Source: Octopus bimaculoides (lineage: Eukaryota). Taken from it: DNA of 64,000 nt. The stretch lies in the NCBI RefSeq assembly GCF_001194135.2, contig NC_068992.1, positions 7,118,628-7,182,627 on the forward strand, written 5' to 3'. Below are positions 13,455 to 27,100 of the stretch, in pieces. Below the pieces are notes generated by a model. That model made no database searches, was not told the DNA's origin, and was given only the letters and a program-made list of their open reading frames with translations. The first letter of the stretch is position 1, and every line of letters begins with the position of its first letter. The position numbers and the translations under genes are program-made.

Positions 13455-14160
13455 TGAATGCAAAGCCTACAAGAAAGAACTTTATTATTATAAAAATAAA
13501 AAAAGAGCTTATTTCCGAGAGAGAAACTGGCCTCAGTTTAAGTGAACTTAATGTGAAGTATGGATTGGTCAGATCTACAATTTGTAACATTTTGAAGACA
13601 AAGAATGAGCTAGGAAATATAATGGTGGTGAAAACCATATGCTGGGTCATTAAACATTTGTGCCTCACGTGTGGATTAAATGGGAAATATATATCTTTAG
13701 TGTGGGTAAAAGAAAAGCAATTTGCTGGTGATTCAATGTGTGATTCATGCATTTGTGAAAAAAGCTAACTCTATTTGTGAGGGACTTTGAAAGTGATACT
13801 CCTCTTACTAGTGACAAAAAATTAGTGGAGTTTTAAAGCTAGCAAAACTTGGTTCAAGTCGTTCAAAACATGTTCTGATTCTGGACTTCAATCTCATCAG
13901 GCAAAACAAAACTGTCAGCTCAGATTTAGTTACTGCAAAAACATATCTTGCTGAATTTTATAAAATATAAAGCGAGAATAATTTGTATTCTCATCAGATT
14001 TTTAACTGTAAGGGGAATAGCTTTCTGAGCAGGGTGGGTTTCCAGGACCTGCATTTTACAGGAGGAAGTGACATTGTCTAGACGTAAACCAATGAAGGTT
14101 TATGTTGGATAGCTTGCTTTTGTTTAGTAGCACTTGTAGGCGAAGACATACAAGTTAAGC
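13455..14160 (+). mobile_element. Decayed Tigger/pogo (CENP-B-like) transposase
   Basis: HTH segment KELISERETGLSLSELNVKYGLVRSTICNILKTK, then LVWVKEKQFAGDSMCDSCICEK. After frameshifts come FKASKTWFKSFK, HQIFNC (the QIFNCDETG motif) and RKPMK, all in Tigger order. Confidence 0.85.
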
Positions 14161-14324
14161 ATTGAAAGCACCCATTTAGGAGCTGGGCCATTGCCCATTC
14201 ATCATAGAATCATAGTGTACCTTTTTTGGGCCTGGAATCATCAAGAAGCTAAGGGCATAGAAACATGATATTTGCAGCAGCAAATCTATCGATTTCAAAA
14301 AGAGTTCTTTGGTTTTGTGAGCAC

Positions 14325-14383
<59 letters not shown>

Positions 14384-14603
14384 CAACAGGATTCTCATAT
14401 ACATATGTGTGTATGCACATATTAGTCAGAAATATGCAAATAATTTCCAATACACATTAGTTGCATAGAAATATGTGTAAATTACTTGCAGGTATGTTTT
14501 ATACATCATAAATATGATCTGATGTGTTTGTATTTCCTCAGAAACAGCCTAAATGCAATTCCCCACAAATAACACACTGGGTAAAATTGACATTGTGTGT
14601 ATA

Positions 14604-14643
<40 letters not shown>

Positions 14644-17078
14644 CTTTCAATTGGTTGAGAGCTTGAAGGGGAAATTCTGTATTTGAGAGGCATTAAAGGA
14701 GACTATATGTCGTCACTTGACGTGCAAGAAATAACAATCAAATTCCTCTCAAATCACACTGTCTTACAGAAAGGAAAGGTACACTAGGTGAAGTAGTCCT
14801 AAACACATCTAAAAATACAGGATAATCATGGTTGGAATGCTTTTGATCATAAATTTATTCAACAAGAATTGACACAAATATTATTATCTATAAAATACTC
14901 CATTTTACCCATCATCATCATATTTAACATATGTTTTCTATGCTGGCATAGGCTGGACAGTTTGAAAGGAACTAATGAGCCAGAGAGGTGTACTAAACTC
15001 TAATGCCTGCTTTGGTACAGTCTCTATAGCTGGATGCTCTTCCTAATGCCTGCCACTTTGTAGAGTGTACTGGGTGCTTTTCACATGGCACCAGCACCAG
15101 TGAGGTCACCAAGTAACTCACAAACAAGCGTGGGAAGTAGTATTGAGAGAGAGGTAGCTTTATACAAGATGTTGATAGCTTAAAGTGTGATTGAGGGACT
15201 GGAAATGGTCTCTTGCTGTAGGGGAGACATACACAGTTACCCTCAAGTTACAAGAAAGTGAATATAAAAGAAATGGTATGGGCAGATAAAAAGCTTGGGT
15301 AAATATGAAAGAAGAGTGGCAGATGGACAGAGATGGGGTTGCAGGGAAATGTAGTGAGTGGTGAACGCGGATGGTGATGTGGTCAGTTGGAGGGGGAGAT
15401 CAAGGAAGTAGGTGAAGGTCAGAAGGTCATGTGGCAGCAATGATGATGTCACTTATTACATTTATAATTATGAACAATTGTAATGTTTACCTCACATGCA
15501 AAATATGGGATGAGTTAAGTTACCTGCGTACAATAGAAACTGCAGACATGACTGACATTATTCACATTTGAAACTATTAGCAGAACGAACCTAGTCATCA
15601 AATCATCTTATGGAATCATGCTTTAAAACTACTTCATATTTCATCTATCAATGCTATATCAGAGTTCTTTAATATCTTTCTGACACACTTACTGTTTCAT
15701 AATTTTCTCTTTTAGATATTTTTTTATGGTTTCACATCATTCATATATATCTACTAAACTGTTGGACATATTTCCAATACAAACAAGAAGAGAACAGTAA
15801 AACTATATTGTATTTTAACTGTACTTATTATATCATGATTCTTATATATTTTTTACGTCAGCCTTAGTTATTATATTATAGTTTCTCTTTACAGTTTTTA
15901 TAATATCATTTCATTCACACATGTACTAAACAGTTAGACATCTTTCCAACACAAACACACATGCAAAATATAGTAAATCTATATTATATCTGTAGTTATG
16001 TTTTAGTTTTTATATATTCTTCCACCAGCTTCTGTTATTATATTATCATTTTTTCTAGCTTCTTCTTATATTGCATACCTAAGCAACTCTGGGTACTAAC
16101 AAGTATTTAATAAAATTAGTAATAAAAATAAAGGATCCCAGCTGTATTTTTCTTCAAAACTATATTGCAAACTAACATTAAGATCCATAATGAACAAATT
16201 TATAGCATAAGTATGACACTTTTTCCCCTTTATATATACATAACTGGTTTTGTATGCAGACAAAATTATAAACAGCTATTTCTATGTGTATCGGCAATGC
16301 AAAACTTTTTCATATACGAAGGAAAAAACTAAATATCTGAGAAAGTGATGATTGTCTGCGCTAGCAAAGCTGAATAAATAAATAAAATAACAAAACAATC
16401 AGTTAATAAAATTTATGAAATATGTTCATGTGATGTGGTGATTCAGTCTCTTCTTGGGGCAGACATGAATATTTTTTTACATGTAGAGGAACAAAGATAA
16501 CAGAATAGAAGGAAAGACTATGTAGCAAGACCTTCACAACCATTCTAATACTGTTCTCGTATTACAACTACATGCATATATTAATTTCTAATATAACCAT
16601 AAGGACTCAGTTTTTGCAGAGGTGGAAGAAGTATAGTTATTTACATCAACTCCAGTGCTTGACTGACCCTTTTTCAATCAACCCTGAAAGGTTGAAAAAC
16701 AAAGTTGAACCTAACAGAACTTGAACTTGAAACATACCTAAATATTGTATGACATTTTATCCATTCTTCTATTGAATCTGTTATTTCATAAATTAGCATT
16801 TTTTCCATTCTGATACAGTAACTCATCATCATTTTATTGTCTACTCTTCCATGCTTGTGTGAGTCACACAGACCTCACTGTGGCAGATTCTTTACAGCCA
16901 AATACATTGGTAATAAAGGATTCCAGATTTGTACTTTCCTTTGGTACCTGAATGGCTATGGGATTAAGAAATTTACTTTGAAATCATAAAGTTCTTGGTT
17001 TGATCCAACTATGCAGCATTTAAGGAGACCAATTTCTCCCGCTGTTGTTTCAAGTTATTTCCAGATATCATACATAGC

Positions 17079-17360
17079 TTGAGATTAGAAAATCTCTCCA
17101 GGTCAAGCAGCTACTTCCCTATATTGGGCAGTCACAGCTCCAGTACAACATATGTGATTAGACTGCTTCCGGATAGAATTGCAAGAAGGATTCTTCAAGC
17201 TGAGTCCACCGGCAGAAGTCCCAGGGGTCTACCAAAATCAAAATGGTTGAATAATACTCATGGTCTCAGTTGGTCACATTTGGAAATCCAGCTGGAAAGT
17301 GTAATGATGATTGCTTTTGGTGGGACCCTATGGAGGAGGTGTCTGAAAACTAAACCCTAA
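17079..17360 (+). mobile_element. RTE-clade LINE ORF C-terminus fragment
   Basis: VIRLLPDRIARRILQAESTGRSPRGLPKSKWL...LSWSHLEI...LWRRCL matches the GHV.RM...RI...G.RPRGRP..RW C-terminal RTE pattern. Confidence 0.75.
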
Positions 17361-17519
17361 TAATTCTCCTAAGCATAATGAGTAGAGAAGATAGATGAAT
17401 GGATGGATAAATAGAAATTGGGTAGACCAAACCTGTGTGTAAGGCAAGTGAAAAGGCTGAACTTGTTTTTAGGTGAAAGGCTCAATCTGTCACCACCCGG
17501 TCAAAGGCACGTTTAATGG

Positions 17520-17830
17520 AGTCCACACTCGGAACTGATCTTCAATTTGAAAATAACTTTTGACACTAGTCTCAGAGGCCCTTCAAAACATTCATAGATG
17601 CTGTCCTTCCTCTGCTCACAAGTCATAAAAGCAACAGTGACAACAAAAATATAAGCTTGGAAGTAATTCTGGATCACAATTCCAACTACAAGCTTTGTAT
17701 TTGGGAAGAGCAACAAACAACAGCTGTACTACAGCAGTTCTCATGTTCAGCAATTGAAAGAAGTTCAGCCAGCTGGAAGTTCGGGATATTTCTGGAACAG
17801 ACTTTGGCTTAAGTCACAAACTTCAATTGT
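17520..17830 (-). mobile_element. Possible hAT transposase C-terminal dimerisation-domain remnant
   Basis: The minus-strand pieces FQKYPEL and LFPNTKLVVGIVI...VTVAFMTCEQ loosely resemble FPN....I...PVT.A.CER. The similarity is weak. Confidence 0.3.
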
Positions 17831-18595
17831 CTTAGCTTAATGACAATGGGTTTGCTTGTTTCAAGTAGCTTTCTTTTTATTTTTTCTGTAGAAGTGATAT
17901 TGAAACACACACACACATATATATATATAGATATAGATGTATATTTATTCATATACATTTAGAAAGATATATACGTATACATACATATATATATATATAT
18001 ATATTTGTACATATGTTTATATAGGTATAAACATATACTTCTGTATAATTGTGTGTGTGTGTGCGTGCACGCTCATGTGCGTAGGTGTATATATGTATAA
18101 AAGCCTGCATAAGAAATTTCCTCTCTTTCCAATGAAGACATTTGCCTGAAACATTAGACTTCTTTTCTTCCTTATGACAAAGTTTATTCCACCGCTTGAA
18201 CTATTTTTACCTTTACATTTTGTTGATGCAGAACATCTCTAGTTTCATAACAGTTTACAGTCTTTATGATAACAATGGCATATGTATATATATGTGTGTA
18301 TATGTATGTTTGTGTGTATGTACGTTTTTTGTGTGTGTGTGTGTAGATAGACAAACAGATAGATAGACATATAGCTGGTTAGTTAGTCTGTGTGTATGTG
18401 TATTTGTTTAAAAGCAGTGATTGACTCCATCATTATTCAGAGCTCGTCTTTTTGTCACCTGAAGGATCTCACATTTTAAGAATCATTGAGTAGTGTCAAA
18501 GTTATTCATAAATTTGAATAAATTACTCACTCCATGTCTACTATTTATAGTTCCAAATGTATGTATCTACACACGCATGCACACACACACATGCA

Positions 18596-18656
<61 letters not shown>

Positions 18657-19275
18657 TATAATGTCAGCAATGTGCAGGCCTCTGTATAATCACATATCTA
18701 GTTAGAAATGGAAGCCAAATTTCTAACTGAGAGACTTATAGCTGCTATTTCTTGTAGGCTGAGCAACTACAAAGAGACTCTTTTATAGGCTTAACACTCT
18801 TCTGTTACTGTTGCTGCTCAACTCTGGATGAGCAAATCTCTAATTAAAAAAATTTTAAGGATATCTAAAATTATATTATCTACTGTACATGGGCAGATTC
18901 AGCGATATACAGGGGCTCTTTATTGGTTCCATTTTTTTATCCCTTTTTTTATATATTCCATGCTAAATAAAAATTCCTTGGCCACCCTCTAAAAATATAT
19001 ATTTAAAATTGAAAATATATAATGATAAATGTTTGATATGATGATATGATAGGTAAACAGTTTCATTGCTGTATGTTGTATATAGAGAGTTCATGATCAC
19101 AGATGTTAATTGCCTTCTTTTTATCATCAAAGTAAATAACAGAAAGAAATTATTCACTTAATTTATTACTATTATCTTTGTTTTATTTTATTAATTTTTT
19201 TTTTTGCTGTTTCATATTGATATTATTAATTACTTTTCTATTATATTTCAATCAGAAAATTTGAAACAAATTGAA

Positions 19276-19276
19276 T

Positions 19277-19307
<31 letters not shown>

Positions 19308-19356
19308 TATGTATACACATATATATTTGTTTATCTTACCATCATGGAGCAGTACA

Positions 19357-19413
<57 letters not shown>

Positions 19414-19437
19414 NNNNNNNNNNNNNNNNNNNNNNNN

Positions 19438-19483
<46 letters not shown>

Positions 19484-19710
19484 GTAAATATATATATATA
19501 TACAAATATATATATGTATGTAAATAAATATATATACATGTATATATATATACACATATATATACACGTTTGTGTATATAGATATATATACACATATATA
19601 TACACATTTGTGTATATAGATATATATACACATATATATGTGTGTATATAGATATACATACACATATATATGCACACACATTTACATGTATGTATGTGTG
19701 TGTATGTATG
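19276..19710. repeat. Compound (CA)n/(TA)n microsatellite with assembly gap at 19414-19437
   Basis: Directly visible. Confidence 0.95.
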
Positions 19711-21555
19711 AATATGCAAATATATTGACAGAGTAATTTGTTGGTCATTTTATTTCTTCAATATAAGTTTTCTAACACTTTATGGGGTGATTTATATTAA
19801 TTTATGATCTGAGTTTTTATTATTTTAAATTAGATATTGTTGGAATTCACTAATTAATCTTTTTTATTTCTATTTATTTGTTTATTGTACACTGCTACAG
19901 AAAATATTGTCTAATAAACAAATTTGTTTTTACACACACACACACACACATACACACATTTTGGTTTTTTTTTCCTAAATAAATGCAAAATGTTCCTTCT
20001 GATTTACTTTTGACATTCCCTTCTGACATTGTCTTTTATACACTTATTTTTGTCTCTTGCTAAAATAAGTTGAATAAATATATGTAACTTTTATTCTTTT
20101 CCTCTGGCAATCATGTGTGTGGTTTCCATTAAATTTTATTCATTTTATTTAATTATTTATGAAATAAATAAAATATTTTATAAGTAAAATTATCCAATAA
20201 ATTATTGGTTGCTGCTGAATCAACATTATTAAAGAGGAATTTAAGTCACTTCATCGATGAAATATTTTTAGATTTATTTTATTTGAGTCACTGTAATTGC
20301 GTTATTAGCAAAATGTTTTTGACAACCTTATAAATACTTCAGCTCTGATGAGCTGCTGCCTCTACAAAACACAAGTTAACTAGATATTTGACAAGTTAAA
20401 AACGGAGGTCAAATCTCTCAGACTGTACTCTGTCATCCTTAAGGTGGGTGAGATATTTGGTGAGATATTTGGACATTATTGTTTGAAAACTATGTCTGAA
20501 AAGCAGGGTTTTCATGGCTTGAATAGTTTTGCTCATGGGTAGCTGATTGATGATTAACGAATGTTGATCTGGGGCTAAGCAACTGCAAAAGAAAATGAGA
20601 AAGAAGAACTCAAGTATGGCCTATACTTCAGTACCACTCATTCATCTGGCTTAATACTGCTAGTCATTCAAACCTCTGAGACCACATCTGAAAGATGGAA
20701 ATGACTCATCATCATTATCATCATCATCATCGTCATCATTTAAAGCCTATTTTCCATGTTGGCATGGGTTGGACGGTTTGACATGAGTTGGCCAGCTGAA
20801 GAGCTGCCCAGGCCCCATGTCTGGTTCAGCATGGTTTCTACAGCTGGATGTTCTTCCTAACACCAACCACTTTACAGAATAACAGGTAGGGTATGCAACC
20901 ATCATACAATACTGGTAATTTTAAATGTGATTCTTGCCAAAAAGAAATGTATCATATAATTACATCAAATATATATATGTGAGGAGCTTCTTTTAGTTTT
21001 TGTCTATCAAATTCACTCACAAAGCTTTGGTCAGCCCAGAACTATCATGGAAGACACTTGCACAAGGTACCACCACCCTATGAAAATTCCATATCAATTA
21101 CAAGGCATAGCAGAGAAGTCATGACAGGTCATTCACTGACTTGGTGGTGCATATGGAAAAAAAAAAAGTCTCTTTGATAATGATTTATCATAGCTATTAT
21201 ATTCTATACTGTTCAGGGAATTAGTAGCATTAAATCAAGACTAGTGGGGCAGCGGGGGGATTCATTTTCTTCTACAGAAATTCTATTTCCTCATTCTGAC
21301 TACATATTCTGCATAGTTCTAATAACCAAGAATGTGGAAATACGGAAATCTGTTAAAATACCTTTCAGGATTCTATTCATATTGATGAGATATTAGTTTT
21401 TGTCTCTTCCTATTCTGGAGGTAATCAACATATCTTTTGCTTCTTTCTTTCTTTTTCCTTGCTGCTGATAATTTTCTAAATGTTTTTCTTTTGGTTTGAG
21501 AAAAGGGTTTTTTGTTTTCTTTAAATAGTTTGACTCTCATTTTTATACCTTCTAC

Positions 21556-21558
<3 letters not shown>

Positions 21559-21600
<42 letters not shown>

Positions 21601-21601
21601 T
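21559..21601. repeat. (ATT)n microsatellite
   Basis: Directly visible. Confidence 0.95.
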
Positions 21602-24600
21602 AGGGTTATTGTTTAATTATTTCAGCTTTTTCAATTAACTCTGCATTTTCATCATGGTATTCTCTCTGTGTTGCAGATGTCAGTTTCCATTTAATCTTAG
21701 TGCTACTAATATCATTACACAAATAATTCTGTTCTCATGGACCTTATCTTTTTATCAGCCCTTGTTTTCACTTTCCCATTGTAGTGTGATTGCTTTCCCT
21801 GTTCCCTATAGTTATGGGTTGGCTTGCTTCTCTAACTACAGAATCTGTTACATACCGAAGGCAGTTTATATCTGTGCATGACAGCTTCTTAATGGAACTT
21901 CATTTCCAAGCAGAGTCAGTGTGGCTCCCATTATTTAGCATTTTGTTATTGTTTACTTTTATTAAAGATTCATAATCATGAAGTAGACTTTCTCCTAATG
22001 AATTGTATTACTCTCAGATCTGCTCTTTGACATCATTAATAAATATCTTCTTCATCCCTTTGTGATTCTCATATTCTGAATAACATCTCAACTTAGGTCA
22101 ATCTCTATCTGGTCTTATTGAAGCAAGTTCAAGCTTTCTGCGATTCCGTAATTGAAATGTCTTGTGTTTTCTTCATGATGAGATTTCCATGTATTTTTGT
22201 AATCATATGTTAGCATTCAGAAATGTCAGTCAACTTTTTTTCTAATTTGAACCTGTTCGCCATAGCATATTGATATTGTTGCTGTTGTTTAACTTCTGAT
22301 AAACTCCGATTAAACCAATCTATAACCAAAGGTATTCCAGCCATGACGACTCCATCTTTTTATCAATACATAAACTAAAACTACATTACCCCATGAATTC
22401 TTAGTTTTCCTTACTTTTCTGACAGAAGGACATAACTTGAGAATAATTTGCTTGTTATTTCTAGTAGGATGAGTAATTTCATAGTGACTTCCTCAGGTGC
22501 CTGGATTGAAAATCAAAATTAATCTGGGTAGAATTTGAACTCAGAATGTAAAAGAATCTCATTGCCTTAATGTTGATAACTTCTGTGTAAATAAAGTAAC
22601 TATGACTACGTTGCACTCATCTTTGTCTTTTAGTTTTCCTCCAACTCTAGTTGTGCTCATCCTTATGAGTGTGTGTGGCACATTTGTGAGTCAATGTTTG
22701 AAATACACAATAAGTGGTCACATGGCTAAATGTTACATTTCATCAAGTGCGTCTTGGTTTAGACTAGAAAATATCAAATGGGATCATCATCATCATCATC
22801 TTCATAATGTACAATGTCCACTGTTCCATACTTACATGGGTCAAATGGAATTTGATGTGGTACATTTTCCATGGCCAGATGCATCTCCCTGTCACCAACC
22901 CTCATCTGTTTCCAAGTAAGATAATATTTCCCTTTTACCAGAATATTGGAAACAAAGGACATAACTTGCGTTAGGGTGACATTTGTTTATAATTATCATG
23001 TGATATCAAGGCAAGGAGACAGTAACCACACACACACACACACATTTGCAAAGGGTTTCTTTTAGTTTCCATCTACCAAATCCACTTACAAGGCTTTGAT
23101 TGTCCCATGGCTATAGTAGAAGATACTTGCTGAAAATGCCATGCAGTGGGTTCTGAATTCACAGCCATGTACTTAGGAAGCAAATATCTTAACAAACACC
23201 ACAAAATAATTTTGTTCTTGAATATTAATATTTATAGATTTTAAACTGAATATTTGCTAAAAAGTAGACACCAAACAGGAAACTCAGACGTGATGTCAGT
23301 ACTGAATTAACATCTGATCATCTGATAAAAAAATTTGTAAGTTACCAACATATACAAATGAATTGTTTTTTTGTTCACTCTTAATCATTGTCTAATTTAT
23401 AGACTCTAAATTACATGCCATCCTTCGTTTTTGTTTAACTTCATGTCAACCCTGATGTAACAGATTTATGATGAAAATTTATTCAAACCCTGGCCATGCT
23501 ACCACATTTAGAAGTTAAAAAGTGATCTGAGGGAGATTTGGTTATGAATTCAAATAGGTCAAGCAACCACATAGAGATATTCTCTTTGTTGTATGGGTCC
23601 CCATGTATTGGCAGAGAATGTCATTATTCTGGAAGAAACAGCAACAACAATAATAAAACCTTGAAAACATTCTCAACAATGAGGAATTACCAAGAGATAA
23701 TTCTATGTGGCATCAACATGAAAAGCCATAAATAAGTTCAGATATGTTTCATTATTATTCTGACCTCCTCAGTGAAGGAGTTACAGTCTAAATAATTACT
23801 ACTACCTATTTTACATTCTAGTTAAATAATAGTTGCTCTTCTTCAAAAAGATTGCTGATTTGTATAATAATGTTTCTTTTTTTCCCCAAGGACAACGCAG
23901 ACATAAATATGATAATACAATACAATACAAACATATTTGGGCATAATAATATATGTCTCCTTTGTAAACCTAACCCGTCAGTCTAAATTATGGGTTTGTA
24001 GTTATCATTACACATGATGAGAAGCTTTTACCTATTTTTCTGTCCCAAATTTCCCAAGAGCAATATTTATTGCTGAAGAGATCTAAATTAATTTCAATAC
24101 GTGTTCTTCCACCCACTAAATGGTTTTTATCTTTGTTCTGATTTATTGTATGACATAGAACAATCTTCAGACTAGTTTTCCAAAACATTTCCTACCCAAG
24201 AACTTGTGTTTGTGTTGTTGTTTTCTTTTCTTCAAACTTTTGACTTTTATTTTTTTTATTTTTTTATTCATTTCTATAGAACTATTATATTATCTCAGTA
24301 TTGCTGATCATTGTAGTTGCTGCTGCTGCTATTGTTGTTGTTAAGGTGAAAGATTATTAGAGTATCAGAAAAACTGCCTTGGATCATTTGGTTTTGACTC
24401 TTCACATTTTGGGTTCAAATTCTGCCAAGAACAATTTTTCTTCTCTTCCTTCTACAGTTGATAAAATAAAATACCAGTCAATATAATCAACTAACCCTCT
24501 TCGCTCAAAATTGCTCATCTTGTGCAATTCTTCTTCTTCTTCTTCTTATTATTATTATTATTATAGCAGTTTGGTAGAAATTGTAGAGCAGTTGACAAAA

Positions 24601-24952
24601 TGGCTAACAGTATTTAGGTATGCTGCTTTATGTTCTGAGTTCATATCCCACTATGACCAAATTTGCCACTTTCTTTCTGTATTCTTCAAAAACAATAGGG
24701 ATGTCAGAAATATCTAGATAACATCCCAGGAGAACCATGCCTCATCCCTAGAAAAACTTTATCAATTTGAATGTCTGATTTGAATTACATGAAGATATTT
24801 CGCTACTGTCCCTGCCACTTCCCCTCCCCAAGCTTTCAGTCATACTGTAACATCTCTTATCCTTCACTCACCTGAGGATGCTGTGTGTGTGTCACAGCAA
24901 GTGATTGTAACAAACATGCTAATTAAAAGTAAATAATAATAATAATAATAAT

Positions 24953-25210
24953 CGTTTAACATCCGCTTTCCATGCTAGCATGGGTTGGACGATTTGACTG
25001 AGGACTGGTGAACCAGATGGCTACACCAGGCTCCAATCTGATTTGGCCGAGTTTCTATAGTTGGATGCCCTTCCTAACGCCAACCACTCCGAGAGTGTAG
25101 TGGGTGTTTTTCCGTGCCATCGGCACAAGTGCCAGGAAGGCGACGCTGGGCACAGGTGCCATCACGATTTCGCTTTCGCTTGCCCCAACAGGCCTTCGCA
25201 AGCCGAGTTC
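24953..25210 (-). mobile_element. Family B retroposon flanked by (AAT)n on both sides
   Basis: Starts cgtttaacatccgctttccatgctagc, the reverse complement of the family B 3' end. The tail is (AAT)n rather than (CAT)n. Confidence 0.85.
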
Positions 25211-25211
25211 C

Positions 25212-25437
25212 AATAATAATAATCCCTTCTACAATGAGCACAAGGCCTAAAATTTGGGTGGGGAAGCTAGTCGATTACATCAACCCCAGTATTTGACTGG
25301 TACTTATTTTATCTACCCCCAAAGGAATGAAAGGCAAAGTCGACCTCAGTGGAGTTTGAACTTGTAACGTAAAGATGGACGAAGTGCCACTAAGCATTTT
25401 GCTTGGCATGCTAACAGCTTCACCAGCTCACCACCTT
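25212..25437 (-). mobile_element. Family C SINE
   Basis: The reverse complement has the head aaggtggtgagctgg, a B-box-like gagttcaa and an (ATT)n tail. Confidence 0.85.
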
Positions 25438-25462
25438 AATAATAATGATAATATCAATAATA

Positions 25463-25493
<31 letters not shown>

Positions 25494-25705
25494 TGGTTTC
25501 AAATTTTGGCACAAGACCAGCAATTTGGGGGAAAAGGATAAATCGATGTAATTGATGCTGGAGCTCAACTGGTACTTACTTTATCGATCTGAAAGGCCGA
25601 AAGGCAAAGTCAACCTTGGCAGAATCTGAACTCAGGGTATAAAGATGGATGAAATACTGCAAAGAATTTTTTCCAGCATGTTAACAATTCTGCCAACTTG
25701 CCATC

Positions 25706-25707
<2 letters not shown>
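25438..25707 (-). mobile_element. Family C-like SINE in tandem with the previous copy
   Basis: Same head and body on the minus strand. Separated from its neighbours by (AAT)n arrays. Confidence 0.8.
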
Positions 25708-25743
<36 letters not shown>

Positions 25744-27100
25744 TCTGGTCATTATAAGTATTTCTGTTCATATCCCAATGACTTTATAAAATGATTGTTT
25801 TAGGACAGGAAAATGGCAGTTTTCTGCCTTTCCATCATTCAGGTTTTAATTTCAATGTCTCTTTGTCTCTTTAACATTGGCATTGATCCCATCACTCTTA
25901 TAATAACAGGAATTATGGCATTCACCCACAACTCTCACAGTTTTCTCAGTTCTTTAGCCAAGTTCAGATACTTTTCAATCACTTCTGTTTCTTCCGTTTT
26001 AATTCTTACTGTGATATAGAATAAAATCTGTGATTTTTACATAGATTTTCTGGTGTACTTTTTTCTCTATTATAATCATTATTGGTTTATTGTGTGTAAT
26101 TTTTATTTTAACAATATTTGTTCTGATTATTGTTTTCTTGAACAAGCCTCCAACCAGATTGCTACTGGATTTTTATTCCTTCCATGTATCAAACAATATC
26201 ACTATTGTCTTGATGGCTATACCAACCACATATGAATCTCTCTTCCTAGATTTTTATTTTTTTTCTCTTTTCTGTAATCCTCTTTTATTTGTATATACAT
26301 TTATTACTAAATATAATGGTGCTGCCATTAAAATTAATACCCATATCTTCACAGTTTTAGTCTATGGATCTCTAGGTTACAAGTCCAGCACATTTCCACT
26401 CTGACCCCCCCCCCCCCACACACACACACACACACCTACACACTTCATTTTTGTAATATTTTTCTTCAGCGTAGTGAACTTGTTAAATTGAGTAAACATC
26501 TTTCTCCTTCAATTGTTGAAGGCAACACTGTTATGTATAGCTTATCGACACTGCTTCAGAGATATAATCTATTATGTATTGTTGAAAACTTTCTGGGCTA
26601 TCCATTCTATTCAGTTCTTTTTTCATCCTCTAAAGGAATGCTGAAGAACACCATTACTGGTATTACTCCAATATTTCTTTATTGAATCTTTCTCTCATTT
26701 ACTTTGGTTCAAAAGACCTTCTTGACTCACTTCTTGCATTCTTCACCAATTCTTTCTATTAGATTTCTTTCTATTTCACCTCATTCTTTTGTGAAACACA
26801 CCTAAATATTTATAATCCTAAACCACTTTCAGATTTTATAACTTTGTTATCCAGAGATGGAGTCTCTCAGACTTTATCTCTTTTCCTCTTTACTATAACC
26901 ATGATTCATTTATCAATATCAGACCCAACTCATTATCTTCTCAGAAAGTTTTAATAGACTGAACCAAATAATCAAGCTGCTCCTCATTTTTGGAGGATAT
27001 TTTGAGGCTACTATAAACATAAGGCGATCAATTCCACAATTAATTTTGTACAAATTGACCAGAAGCTGGACAACAGCCATTAAGTGACTTTACAAAGGAT
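25744..27100 (-). mobile_element. Decayed R4/Dong-clade non-LTR retrotransposon (RT C-terminus and REL endonuclease)
   Basis: Minus-strand pieces in the expected order: INCGIDRLMF (the INHL.YMDD region), DYKYLGV, SVDKLYI (cf. DVDRLYV), IIRTNIVKIKI (cf. AIRTNYIKAKI) and EVIEKYLNLAKELRKL...IIPVIIRVMGSMP (cf. EKIEKYQDL..EL..LW...VIP.VIGALG). Confidence 0.75.

Noticed and set aside
19204-19748. Overlapping HT-, YI- and CV-repeat ORFs
   Set aside because: Dinucleotide microsatellite translations.
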